In this document: positions 41,519-50,725 of the stretch, in pieces
Layout: every line of letters starts with the position of its first letter
How positions within the stretch are numbered: position 1 is the first letter of the stretch
Assembly (NCBI GenBank): GCA_963422395.1
Contig: OY729431.1
Span: forward strand, 512,001-576,000
DNA: 64,000 nt
Direction: 5' to 3'
DNA from: Vicinamibacteria bacterium
Lineage (GTDB): Bacteria; Acidobacteriota; Vicinamibacteria; Marinacidobacterales; Marinacidobacteraceae
The notes under the pieces: generated by a model
The model's input: the letters and a program-made list of their open reading frames with translations, nothing else
The model's database searches: none
Told to the model about the DNA's origin: nothing
Program-made: the position numbers and the translations under genes

Positions 41519-42667
41519 ATGCTCACTTCGAAGTCCCGGCGCGAGACGCTCCGGGTCCTCTCCGCACTCGCTGCCGCCGCGGCGCTGCCGAAGGGCGCCT
41601 TCGCTCGTTTCGGCGCGCTTCAGGACGAACCGATCATCCCGTTCACCGATGTCCCGGAGGACTTTTCGACGAAGCGCGGCGAGTTCGTCTTTCGGTTGGA
41701 TCTGAGGGAACTGCGCACCTTCATCACTGCCAACGAGGACTTCTTCTCGGTCGCCCACTACGACCGGCCTGAAATCGCCTCTGCCGACTGGTCGCTCCGT
41801 CTCGACGGGCTCGTCGAGCGGCCGGCTACCTTCACTCTCGACCAGTTGCGCGCCATGCCCCGCGTGGAGCGCACCGTCACCTTCGAGTGTTCGGGAAACC
41901 AGGGGATCAGGCACCACGGCATGGTCGGCAACGCGGTCTGGGGCGGAACCCCGCTCCTGCCGCTCCTCGAGGCTGCGGGTCCGCATCAGACGGTGATCGA
42001 AACGGTGTTCTGGGCCGCTGACCGCGGGACGGAAACGATCCGCAACAACGAGTACCCCCAGAACTTCGCTCGTGCCATGTCCTTCGCCGACACGAAAGAG
42101 TCCGGGGCGATCCTCGCGTACGAAATGAACGGCGAACCGCTTCCGATGAAGAACGGCTTTCCGCTGCGGGTGGTCGTTCCCGGCTGGTACGGGATCGGCC
42201 AGGTGAAGTGGCTGACTCGCATCCAGCTGGCCGACCGCCGGCTCATGAACCGGTTCATGGGGCGCGACTATGTAACGATCATCGGTGAGGAGATGGACGG
42301 CCAGACCGTCTGGTTCGAGCGCTCGGTGACCCGTCAGCGCATCAAGTCGGTCATCGCCCGCGTCACCCGCGCAGCGAGTGGCGGAACCCGCGTTTTCGGG
42401 GTGGCCTGGAACGACGGAACGCCTATCCGCGAGGTCCAGGTGCGGGTGGACGGCGGTGCTTGGCTGCCGGCGACCCTGGATCGGAGCGGCAACCCGTACG
42501 CCTGGACCTTCTGGGAGGTCGAAACCGGAGCGCTCGCGCCGGGCGAACACACCTTGGTCTCGAACGCGGTGGACGAGCTCGGCCGCGAGCAGCCTGCCGA
42601 TCTGAGCCTGAAGAAAACCTACTGGGAGGACAACGCCCAGTTCCCGCGCACGGTGATGGCCGGCTAG
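41519..42667 (+). CDS. Tat-exported sulfite-oxidase-family molybdoenzyme
   Basis: SRRETL signal, FECSGN Mo-ligand Cys, AYEMNGEPLP..NGFPLRVVVPGWYG..VKWL, C-terminal dimerisation domain. Confidence 0.9.
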   Translation: MLTSKSRRETLRVLSALAAAAALPKGAFARFGALQDEPIIPFTDVPEDFSTKRGEFVFRLDLRELRTFITANEDFFSVAHYDRPEIASADWSLRLDGLVERPATFTLDQLRAMPRVERTVTFECSGNQGIRHHGMVGNAVWGGTPLLPLLEAAGPHQTVIETVFWAADRGTETIRNNEYPQNFARAMSFADTKESGAILAYEMNGEPLPMKNGFPLRVVVPGWYGIGQVKWLTRIQLADRRLMNRFMGRDYVTIIGEEMDGQTVWFERSVTRQRIKSVIARVTRAASGGTRVFGVAWNDGTPIREVQVRVDGGAWLPATLDRSGNPYAWTFWEVETGALAPGEHTLVSNAVDELGREQPADLSLKKTYWEDNAQFPRTVMAG

Positions 42668-42673
42668 CAGATC

Positions 42674-43864
42674 GTGCGGCGGCGCGGCTTTCTGCAGTCG
42701 ATTTCCGGGATGGGGATCGCCGTGGTTCCGGGGTATCGGGGGCTCGCTCCGGCGCGCCGCCTCGGCGGCCGGATCGGGGTCGTCGGCGGGGGAATCCTCG
42801 GCTCCTCCATCGCGCTCCATCTCGCCCGCCGGGGCGCCGAGGTCCTCGTGTTCGAACGCGAAGGACCGGCGGCGGGTGCTACCGGAAACTCGTTCGCCTG
42901 GATCAACGCCAGCTTTTCCAAGCGCCCGCAGTCCTACTTCGAGTTGAACTGGTTGGGCGTGCTGGGCTGGCGGCGGCTCGAGGCCGAACTCGATGCCGCC
43001 TCGGCTGGCCCGTTTCGGATTCGCTGGGGCGGCAGCCTCGAATATCGGGTGGACGCCGACCGGACGCGCCTGCTAGCAGAACAGCTGGCCCGTCACCAAC
43101 GCTGGGGATACCCGGTGCACCGGGTGGATACCGAGCGGTTTCACGAGCTGGAACCGGGGGCGGCGCCCGAGGCGCCCGTCCTCGGTGCCGCCTGGGCCAG
43201 CGCCGAAGGGAGCATCGAGCCCCGATCGGCGACCCGCGCGCTCTGGACCGCTGCCGAGGCTGCGGGAGCGCGGTTCGTGCTCGCGGAGGTGACTTCGCTC
43301 GATCTCGGCCGCGAGAGGCTCCGGGGAGTGGGAACGACGGCAGGAGATCATGCCCTGGACACTCTGGTATTGGCGGCGGGCGTCCAGGCGCCGGCACTGG
43401 CTCGGCAGGCGGGGGTGGATCTCCCGCTCATCGAATCTCCCGGAATCCTCGCCCACTCGGTGCCGGCGGACGCGGTGGTGCACAGAGTCCTGCTGTCCCC
43501 GAATGTCCATGTGAAGCAGACCTCCGAGGGGCGAGTGGTGGCGGGCGTCGGCTTCACCGGGGCGGGCTCCCGAGACGCCTCCCGCGCGGTGGGGAAGGGG
43601 ATCCTGGAGGCGACCGCGCGGGTGGTGCCGGCGGTTCGGGACCTTCCGCTCGAGGAAGTCACGCTCGGTTATCGGGTGCTCCCCGAGGACGGGCACCCCA
43701 TCGTGGGCTTCGATCCGTCCGCGCCCGGGCTCTATTTCGCCTCGATGCACAGCGGCGTCACCCTGGCGCCGGTCATGGGAATGCTGGCTGCCATGGAGAT
43801 CCTCGACGATGTCGAGGTCGCGCTGCTGAGCAGCTACCGTCTCGCCCGCTTCGACTCGGTCTGA
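42674..43864 (+). CDS. FAD-dependent D-amino-acid-oxidase-family oxidoreductase, probable Tat signal
   Basis: RRRGFL, GGGILG, ATGNSFAWIN, RVLPEDGHPIVG, HSGVTLAP. Confidence 0.87.
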   Translation: MRRRGFLQSISGMGIAVVPGYRGLAPARRLGGRIGVVGGGILGSSIALHLARRGAEVLVFEREGPAAGATGNSFAWINASFSKRPQSYFELNWLGVLGWRRLEAELDAASAGPFRIRWGGSLEYRVDADRTRLLAEQLARHQRWGYPVHRVDTERFHELEPGAAPEAPVLGAAWASAEGSIEPRSATRALWTAAEAAGARFVLAEVTSLDLGRERLRGVGTTAGDHALDTLVLAAGVQAPALARQAGVDLPLIESPGILAHSVPADAVVHRVLLSPNVHVKQTSEGRVVAGVGFTGAGSRDASRAVGKGILEATARVVPAVRDLPLEEVTLGYRVLPEDGHPIVGFDPSAPGLYFASMHSGVTLAPVMGMLAAMEILDDVEVALLSSYRLARFDSV

Positions 43865-43874
43865 AGGGTCCGCG

Positions 43875-44061
43875 ACGCATCGGACATCGAGGGATCTGGA
43901 TCGAGCTCGCCGATGGGTGCCGCGGGACATTCCCTCCCGGCACGCTCACGGGTGGATTCCACCACCCCTTCGGGCTGCCGCTTGGGGATGGGTGGGTCTT
44001 CGTGCGACAGCCCCCGGCTAGGCCGGACGCCGGATGTAAGGAGGTGAACTCTCCGACGCAT
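43875..44061 (-). ncRNA. Candidate structured ncRNA (~187 nt; 6S-sized, family unassigned)
   Basis: Intergenic between convergent genes; ends pair (AUGCGUCGGA / UCCGAUGCGU); internal hairpins; extended -10 just upstream. Confidence 0.5.
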
Positions 44062-44066
44062 ACGAG

Positions 44067-44075
44067 AATCTACCA
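44067..44075 (-). promoter_or_regulatory. Putative extended -10 element TGGTAGATT
   Basis: TGn + TAGATT about 6 nt upstream of the 5' arm of the closing stem. Confidence 0.4.
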
Positions 44076-44104
44076 CAGGAAGGCGCGGCGCCGGGGGTCT
44101 CGGA

Positions 44105-45067
44105 TCAGCGAAACCGATAGGCGCCGAAGACCACTTCGAGGTCGCGGCGGGCCCGCTCGAAATCGGAGCGCGGACGGTGCTCGGGGTCTCGAACCGAGCG
44201 GAGGAAGTCCCGGGTCATGGCCCGAAAACCCATCAGGTCGGAGAGCGGGCCGAAGCGGAAGCGGAATTCCCCGCGAGCCCGCCGAGCGCAGTACAGCCCG
44301 TTGCTCTCGAAGACGAGGCTGCCGTCCTCGCCCTCGATCCGCGAATGCTGGAACACGCCTCCGGGAAGCGACCGAGCATTCCAGGCGTAGTCGATTGCGC
44401 CGCGCGCTCCCGAGGGGTACTCGATTTCGATTTTCGCCTGCCGTTCCGGAGCTCCGGCGTCCGGAAACGAGGCTTGGACCTCGGCCGGGATTTCAGGGAT
44501 CAGAGCGCCCAGGAGCGCCACGAAGTGGATGCCCCCTTCCAGCAGGGCTCCGTGCCGCGTTCGCCAGCCCGAGACCGTTTGCCGGACGAGCTTCCGCAAG
44601 TGGACCCGGCGGATGGCGCCGATGGCAGGGAGCCAGGCCTCGAGGCGGCGGAGCGAGGGTTTGTAGAGATAGTTCTCGGCTACGGTGAGCGCCCCGGGCG
44701 GCGCGGCGGCGAGGGCGCGGCCGATGGCGGTGACTTCCGCGGAGGACACGGCGAGCGGCTTTTCGACCAGCACCGTCTTTCCGGCGCGGATCGCGGCGAC
44801 GACCTGGGCGGCATGCGCCTCGGGTGGGGAACAGATCACCACCGCAGCGATGTCCTTGCGATCGAACACTGCTTCGGGGGCGGCGGCGGTTTCGCCGCCG
44901 AAGCGAGCGGCGAACGCTTGCGCCGAAGCGGAGCTGCGGCTTGCGAAGATCAGCCGGGCGTGGGGGGCGAGGTTCGCTGCGTGGACTCGGGCGATCCGAC
45001 CACAGCCCACGATGGCGATCGTGAGAGCGGGGGGGGGCTGCGGTGCGTCCCCTGCTGCGGCTCTCAT
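44105..45067 (-). CDS. Gfo/Idh/MocA family oxidoreductase
   Basis: IAIVGCGRIARVH, VLVEKP, GALLEGGIH; 4-nt overlap with GMC gene. Confidence 0.9.
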   Translation of the reverse strand: MRAAAGDAPQPPPALTIAIVGCGRIARVHAANLAPHARLIFASRSSASAQAFAARFGGETAAAPEAVFDRKDIAAVVICSPPEAHAAQVVAAIRAGKTVLVEKPLAVSSAEVTAIGRALAAAPPGALTVAENYLYKPSLRRLEAWLPAIGAIRRVHLRKLVRQTVSGWRTRHGALLEGGIHFVALLGALIPEIPAEVQASFPDAGAPERQAKIEIEYPSGARGAIDYAWNARSLPGGVFQHSRIEGEDGSLVFESNGLYCARRARGEFRFRFGPLSDLMGFRAMTRDFLRSVRDPEHRPRSDFERARRDLEVVFGAYRFR

Positions 45068-46581
45068 CGGGTGGTCGCCCCGCGGGCGATCGTCTCCGCC
45101 ACCCGGAGCGCGTTGGCGGCGATGGTCAGGCTCGGATTCACTCCGCCAGACGCGGGGAAAGCGCTCCCGTCGGTCACGAACAGGTTGTCCAGGCCCCGGA
45201 AGCGTCCCGTCGGGTCCAGGGGAGCTTCGTCGGCCCGATTCCCCATGCGGAGCGTGCCGACCGCGTGCGAGAAGGACGAGATCGGCCAGATGTGGGTTGC
45301 GAGACCGCCCGCCGCGCGCAGGATACGCCGCGCCTGCCGGGTGAGGAGAGCCAACCGGTGCTCGTCGGACTTCCGGTAGCGGTGCTCGATCCGCACCCGC
45401 TCCATGCCGAGTCCGTCGGTTTCGGGCGAGAGGGTCACCCGGTTTTCCGGGTTCGGTTCGTCTTCTGCCACGCAGAGCAGGTTCTGCAGCCGGCGCACGA
45501 GCGGCGCCCGCAGGAGCAATCCTCCGAAGCGTCCGGCAGCGCGGCGCACCACCGCGGCGTCCGGAGTGTAGATGTCCTGGACGACACCCACCGCGAGGCC
45601 GTCCCGGTCGCGTCGCTGTTCGTAGAAATCGGTGAAACAGACCTGCTTGTGGAATACCTGTTCCGGGTTCGTCTCGAAGGGGAACAGCGCGGCGACGACC
45701 CCGTTGCAGTGCCGCATGAGAAACCGGCCGATCGGCGAACGTCCGGGCTCGCCGAGGCCGGAACGAAGCAGGATCGCGGGACTTCCCAGCGCGCCGGCGG
45801 CGAGCACGAACAGAGGCGCCTCGAACGACACCGGGTCCAGCGACTCCTGATCCACACCCACCGCCGCTGCCACCCGCCCGCCCCGGATGAGGAATCGGCG
45901 CACCGCGATCCCGGGGTGGACCCGGAGACCCTTCCGCTCGGCGCCAGCGAGCAACCCGGCGGCGTCGTTCTTCGCCTCGATGGCGCAGGGAAAGCCGTCG
46001 CAGGTGTTGCAGCGCGCACACTTCGATCCCCTCGCCCCGGTGAAGTCGATCGCCAGCGGGATCGGGAACGGCCGAAGCCCGAGCGACACCCCGGCCTCCC
46101 GGATCCTCATTGCGGGGGCGGCATACCGGATGGCAGGAAAGGGGAAAGCCCCCGATCGGGGCGGCTCCAGCGGGTCGGCGCCGGCGCCTCCGTGGACCCC
46201 GAGCAGTCGTTCCGCCTCGGAATACCAGGGTTCGAGGTCCTCGTAGTCGATGGGCCAGCGGTCGAAGTCCCTCGGGCGGAGCCGGAGCGAGGCGCCGCCG
46301 TAGAACACCGACAGACCCCCCACCGTCTCGTTCAGCGAAAGCGGCCGGAAGCGGCGTTCGCCGCGCTGGCGCACCGCGAGCGGGGTCTTTCCCCGGTAAC
46401 GCAGATCGTTCAGGATCGCCTGAGGGTTCCAGTCCTGCTGATCCCGGTGGGGCCAGCGCCCGCGTTCGATCATTGCGACCCGGGCCCCGGCCTCGACCAG
46501 GCGGTGCGCCGCCAACGCTCCGCCGAGGCCCGAGCCGATGACGACGGCGTCGTATCCCGCGCCGCGTCGGGGGTTGGGCAT
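45064..46581 (-). CDS. GMC family oxidoreductase
   Basis: IGSGLGG, VGGLSVFYG, CARCNTCDGFPC, LLRSG, GRFLMRH, HAVGTLRMG, GGVNPSLTIAAN. Confidence 0.92.
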   Translation of the reverse strand: MPNPRRGAGYDAVVIGSGLGGALAAHRLVEAGARVAMIERGRWPHRDQQDWNPQAILNDLRYRGKTPLAVRQRGERRFRPLSLNETVGGLSVFYGGASLRLRPRDFDRWPIDYEDLEPWYSEAERLLGVHGGAGADPLEPPRSGAFPFPAIRYAAPAMRIREAGVSLGLRPFPIPLAIDFTGARGSKCARCNTCDGFPCAIEAKNDAAGLLAGAERKGLRVHPGIAVRRFLIRGGRVAAAVGVDQESLDPVSFEAPLFVLAAGALGSPAILLRSGLGEPGRSPIGRFLMRHCNGVVAALFPFETNPEQVFHKQVCFTDFYEQRRDRDGLAVGVVQDIYTPDAAVVRRAAGRFGGLLLRAPLVRRLQNLLCVAEDEPNPENRVTLSPETDGLGMERVRIEHRYRKSDEHRLALLTRQARRILRAAGGLATHIWPISSFSHAVGTLRMGNRADEAPLDPTGRFRGLDNLFVTDGSAFPASGGVNPSLTIAANALRVAETIARGATTR

Positions 46582-46610
46582 GGGCTTCGACCCCGCGCGG
46601 TCCGCCGGCG

Positions 46611-47423
46611 CTATCCGCCGCTGCCCGCCTCGAAGAAGGCGGTGACCGCGACCGCGAGGATCAGCATCCAGGCCGCGAGGTGGAGCTTCTCCCGTCGCGC
46701 GGTCTCCACCCGCGGCAGGTCCGGACGGAACTTCCCGGACCGGTTCCGCTGGATGTAGGTCTTGTAGTACTCCACCAGAAACCGCTCGAGCCCTCCGTTC
46801 ATGTACACGAGCACCCCGAGCGCCACCGGTTCCTCCGGGGTGCGGAGCCAGTAGAACAGCGGGGAGGCGAGGGCGAGCGTCAGCCCCGAGCGGAGGAACT
46901 TGAGCCCGTGGAAGCCCTCGAACGGGGCGTCCTTCCAGGCCCCGCCACCCGACACCAGGAGTCCGGTCAGATAGGCCGCGGCGAGGTATCCCCAAAAGCT
47001 GGTGATCGGCGTCCCGATCGACAAGACCCCGAGAACCATCCCGACCAGGACCACGCCGGCGGCGATCCGAAGCCCCCGACCCGGAAGCGGCCGCCCCAGC
47101 AGCCTGAGCTCCGACGGGACGAAATACTTCTCCTGCGGCTCCTGCCGGAAACACCCTTTGTAGAGCTCGGTGAGAAACCGCTCGAGGCCCATCACCAGGA
47201 AGAAGAGCTGGACGAAGCCGAGTTCCCCGACTCGTCCGCGGAGCGCCGGGACGGCGAGCAGAAACCCGTAGATAGCGATCGAGAAGAGGACGCTGCGCGG
47301 GAAGGTGCGCCGCTGGAAGCCTTCCCAGGGGGAATCCTTGAAGGCTCCCCAGAGCGAGGTGTAGAGCCCGGAGAGAGCGGCGACCGCGAGGCCGGCGCCC
47401 CATCCGGCGTCGGCCAGCGTCAT
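46611..47423 (-). CDS. Hypothetical integral membrane protein with two internal homologous halves
   Basis: GAFKDSPWEGF...GLERFLTELYK and GAWKDAPFEGF...GLERFLVEYYK; multiple TM stretches. Confidence 0.8.
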   Translation of the reverse strand: MTLADAGWGAGLAVAALSGLYTSLWGAFKDSPWEGFQRRTFPRSVLFSIAIYGFLLAVPALRGRVGELGFVQLFFLVMGLERFLTELYKGCFRQEPQEKYFVPSELRLLGRPLPGRGLRIAAGVVLVGMVLGVLSIGTPITSFWGYLAAAYLTGLLVSGGGAWKDAPFEGFHGLKFLRSGLTLALASPLFYWLRTPEEPVALGVLVYMNGGLERFLVEYYKTYIQRNRSGKFRPDLPRVETARREKLHLAAWMLILAVAVTAFFEAGSGG

Positions 47424-47454
47424 CCGGAGGTGGGAGCGCTCCGGGAGCGGAGAC

Positions 47455-49707
47455 TCACCGAAGGATGTCGAACTGGTGCGTGTACTTGACGGTCAGGCTG
47501 CGGTTCTGGGGGCCGATCAGGGTGTTGCCGAGCCCCTCGGTGTCGTTGTACACGATGAAGAGGCCGGTGCCGGCGGTATTCAGCCAATTGAGGCGGATAT
47601 TGGAAGACCAGACATCGGCGTCGTCGTTGTACTGAACCAGCGCCTGGAGATAGATCAACGGCGTGAAGTTGAAGGCCATCCGAACCTGCCCCAGATTGGC
47701 CACGAAGTCGCCTTCGGCGAGCTGAATGTCGTTGTAGAGCCACGCCACCGAAGTGATGAGCCGGGTCCCCCAGCGGTAGTTGATGGTGGTGTCCACCGAA
47801 CGCTGGTCGCCCGAGAGGAATCCGCCGTAGTCGAGGGCGCCGCTGTAGGAGAACGGGTCGGAGCGGTTCGTGTTCCAGCGCCAGCCGATCTGCCAGTGTT
47901 CATAGGTCCCCGGAGGAACGACGATGCCTTCCCGGATCTCGAAAGGTTCCTCGAGACCTTCCACGATGCGGTTCATCGCCGGGCTCAGGTAGTACCCGTT
48001 CTCGAAGTCGATATGGCTGTCCACATGGAGCCGGCTCGTCTCGAGGAACCCGTCGAGGGTGCGGAAACCGGAGTAGGTGATGTGCGGACGCAGTTCCCGG
48101 ATGGGGATCGGCAGCTCCGCGAGGAATTCCGGACGGTAGTAACCGAAGTAGCCGTAGTCCAGGTTGCGGTAGGCGGTCCTGCGGAGGAATCCGACCTCGG
48201 GGTTGAAGTCGGCGGCGACCTCGGTCATCCCCAACCAGAGACGAAGGTCCCGGCGGAAGTATTCGCCGCGGGCGCTATAGGCGTACTCGCCGCCGTCGAG
48301 CATTTCGTATCCCGGCGTCTCGGTGCGCGCCGCGAAACCGGTGAAGGTGAGCGTTTCCCCGATCCCGAGCCGGCCATCCACGCCCCAGGTGCGGTTCCAG
48401 TCGTCCTCGATGGCGGCGGCTCCGGTACCCATCCGGTTCACGAACATGCCGCCCAGCGAGGAGCGTTCGCCGAACTCCCGGCTCAGGCTCATCACCGAGA
48501 AGTTGTTGGCAGCGATCACCCCGGAAACCTCCTGCGTCTGCATGTTCAGGAAGCCGAGGTTGTAGGCGCCTGCCTTTCCCGAGAGGCGGGCGCCGCCGAG
48601 AATGGGCACCGGAACGCCGCCCGGCCCGATCCCGATCCGCCGGCTGAAGAACAGATCCACCGAGCTGCCCCGCCCCATGGAGAAGTTGCCCGCGTTCTCC
48701 AGGAAGAACGGGCGTTTTTCCGGGAAGAACAGGTTGAAGCGGGTCAGGTTGACCTGCTGGTCGTCCACTTCGACCTGGGCGAAGTCGGTGTTCACGGTGA
48801 GATCGAGGTTCAGGCTCGGGGTGATCCCCACCTTGGCGTCCACGCCGAAATCGGCGTTGGTCTGCGCTTCCACTTCGGCGGCGAAGTCGCGGCCGGCCGC
48901 AGTCAGCGCGTAGGGAGTGACCTTGAAGTTGCGGGGGCTCGGGAGCTCGAGTCCGTGGAGCTCTCCGGCGGAGGACAGCCGGTAGAGGTCGTAGATCCGT
49001 GCCACCGGGGACCAGTAGTCCTCTTCGCGCTTGCGGCGGATGTTCCGGTGGAAGTTGACCCCCCAGGTCTGGGGGCTCGTTGCGTAGCGGAGGGTCCGGA
49101 GGGGAATCGCGAACTCGGCGGTCCAGCCCTCGTCGGTGACCGTGGTCGCCACCGTCCAGCTGGCGTCCCAGTTGACATTGAAACCTCCGCCCGAGCCGGT
49201 GCGCGCGCGCATCTGGGGGCCTCCGCCCCCGCCTCCGCCTCCGCCTCCGGCGTTGCTCAGCTGCCCGTCGTATTCGAGTCCTGCCGGGGTCGTGCCGAAG
49301 ACGAAGCCGTTTTGCAGATCGTGGTAGGTGTCGAAGACGACCCGGAAGGAGTCGGTGTCTGCGAGGCCCGAATCGCGGCGGGCGTCGGTGGCGATGATTC
49401 CGTCGGGGTCGCTGTCGTAGAGCATGGCGCCGACATAGACGGCCTCTTCGTCGAAGAGGATGCGTACTTCGGTCCGTTCGGTCGCCGGCTGCCCCTCGAA
49501 GGGCTCCGCCTGGATGAAGTCGGTCAGGGGCTCGGCCGCCGCCCAGACATCTTCGTCGAGCCGCCCATCGATCGCGGGGGCCTCGAGCGCGGGCGCCGCT
49601 CTGCCGATTCGGGTGGCAGCGCTCGTTTCCTCCTCGGCTTCGGCCGGCGAAGCGATCGCGAGGGGCGCGCTCGACAGGATCAGCGGGAGGAGCAGGAACC
49701 AACGCAT
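47455..49707 (-). CDS. CBM9-like / DUF5916 outer-membrane beta-barrel protein
   Basis: Signal peptide, PAIDGRLDE..W, TAEFAIPL, NTDFAQVEVD, FFPEKRPFFLE, LFFSRRIG; Gly10 tract. Confidence 0.88.
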   Translation of the reverse strand: MRWFLLLPLILSSAPLAIASPAEAEEETSAATRIGRAAPALEAPAIDGRLDEDVWAAAEPLTDFIQAEPFEGQPATERTEVRILFDEEAVYVGAMLYDSDPDGIIATDARRDSGLADTDSFRVVFDTYHDLQNGFVFGTTPAGLEYDGQLSNAGGGGGGGGGGPQMRARTGSGGGFNVNWDASWTVATTVTDEGWTAEFAIPLRTLRYATSPQTWGVNFHRNIRRKREEDYWSPVARIYDLYRLSSAGELHGLELPSPRNFKVTPYALTAAGRDFAAEVEAQTNADFGVDAKVGITPSLNLDLTVNTDFAQVEVDDQQVNLTRFNLFFPEKRPFFLENAGNFSMGRGSSVDLFFSRRIGIGPGGVPVPILGGARLSGKAGAYNLGFLNMQTQEVSGVIAANNFSVMSLSREFGERSSLGGMFVNRMGTGAAAIEDDWNRTWGVDGRLGIGETLTFTGFAARTETPGYEMLDGGEYAYSARGEYFRRDLRLWLGMTEVAADFNPEVGFLRRTAYRNLDYGYFGYYRPEFLAELPIPIRELRPHITYSGFRTLDGFLETSRLHVDSHIDFENGYYLSPAMNRIVEGLEEPFEIREGIVVPPGTYEHWQIGWRWNTNRSDPFSYSGALDYGGFLSGDQRSVDTTINYRWGTRLITSVAWLYNDIQLAEGDFVANLGQVRMAFNFTPLIYLQALVQYNDDADVWSSNIRLNWLNTAGTGLFIVYNDTEGLGNTLIGPQNRSLTVKYTHQFDILR

Positions 49708-49834
49708 AAGAGGCTAATTTACTTCGCCGAGGTACTCTGCGGCGCCCTGTCTGGGCGCCCGCCGCGAAGCGGGTCGAACCGCTCGAAGCCGCCGGGCTCG
49801 GCGCTTCGGAAGGGACCGGGAAACCGAACAGACG

Positions 49835-50617
49835 ATGACCGCAGCCCGGCCGCCGAGCAACCGCCAGCTCCTCGATTTCGCCACCGAAATCGCTGCGGAA
49901 GCGGGGCGGCTCGTGATCCGCTACTTCCAGGCTGGAGTCTCGGTACGGCAGAAGCCGGACCGCACCCCGGTTACCGAAGCCGACACCGCCGCTGAGCGCT
50001 TGCTGCGCCGCCGCATCGGGGCCAGGTTCCCCGGCCACCGGATACTCGGCGAGGAAGACGGCGAATCGGGCTCCGACCCCGCCCACCGCTGGATCCTCGA
50101 TCCCATCGACGGCACCGCCTCCTTCGTCCGGGGAGTGCCGCTGTTCGGAGTCCTCATCGGCCTCGAAATCCACGACGAGCCGGTCGTGGGCGTGTGCCAC
50201 CTCGCCGGGTTGGGCGAAATGATCACCGGGGCGCGGGGCGAAGGCGCCTTCTGGAACGGGCGTCCGGCTCGAGTGTCGCAGGGGACCGGGATCGCAAACG
50301 CTCTTGCGACCACCACCGACCCGGCCACGATCGGCCCGATCTGGGATGCACTGGGCCTGAAGGGCGCTGTCCGCCGGACCTGGGGAGACGCCTTCGGCCA
50401 CGCACTGGTAGCGACCGGCCGCTCCGAGATCGCACTCGATCCGGAGATGGAGATGTGGGATTCGGCCCCGTTCCTTCCGATCCTCGAGGAGGCGGGGGGC
50501 CGATTCACCGACTGGGACGGGGACCGCACCATCCACGGAGCGAACGCGCTCAGCACGAACGGGGCGCTCCACGACGAGTTGCTCGCCCTGCTGGCGGAGG
50601 TTCGCACCGAGCGTTGA
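49835..50617 (+). CDS. hisN: Inositol monophosphatase family, histidinol-phosphate phosphatase-like
   Basis: KPDRTPVTEAD, GEEDG, WILDPIDGTASFVRGVP, WGDAFGH, WD. Confidence 0.75.
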   Translation: MTAARPPSNRQLLDFATEIAAEAGRLVIRYFQAGVSVRQKPDRTPVTEADTAAERLLRRRIGARFPGHRILGEEDGESGSDPAHRWILDPIDGTASFVRGVPLFGVLIGLEIHDEPVVGVCHLAGLGEMITGARGEGAFWNGRPARVSQGTGIANALATTTDPATIGPIWDALGLKGAVRRTWGDAFGHALVATGRSEIALDPEMEMWDSAPFLPILEEAGGRFTDWDGDRTIHGANALSTNGALHDELLALLAEVRTER

Positions 50618-50725
50618 CGCGGCCCGGACCCCCGCCGCCGGGCGGCAGCGGCTCGATCCGTCGGCCGGCGCGGAGAGCCCCGATCCGGATGATGCCCTCC
50701 GGGTACTGGGTGGGGAAGCCTCCGG

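Noticed and set aside
41333-42820. 1132-aa version of the SpdH-like ORF
   Set aside because: The extra region is antisense to the sulfite-oxidase gene; the Tat signal marks the true start near 41332
43834-44076. 80-aa minus-strand ORF
   Set aside because: No motif, overlaps the DAO gene end and starts inside the putative -10 element; a structured RNA explains the region better
47476-49995. 839-aa + strand ORF and similar long R/G/P-rich overlapping ORFs across the window
   Set aside because: Shadow frames of well-supported genes, expected at high GC
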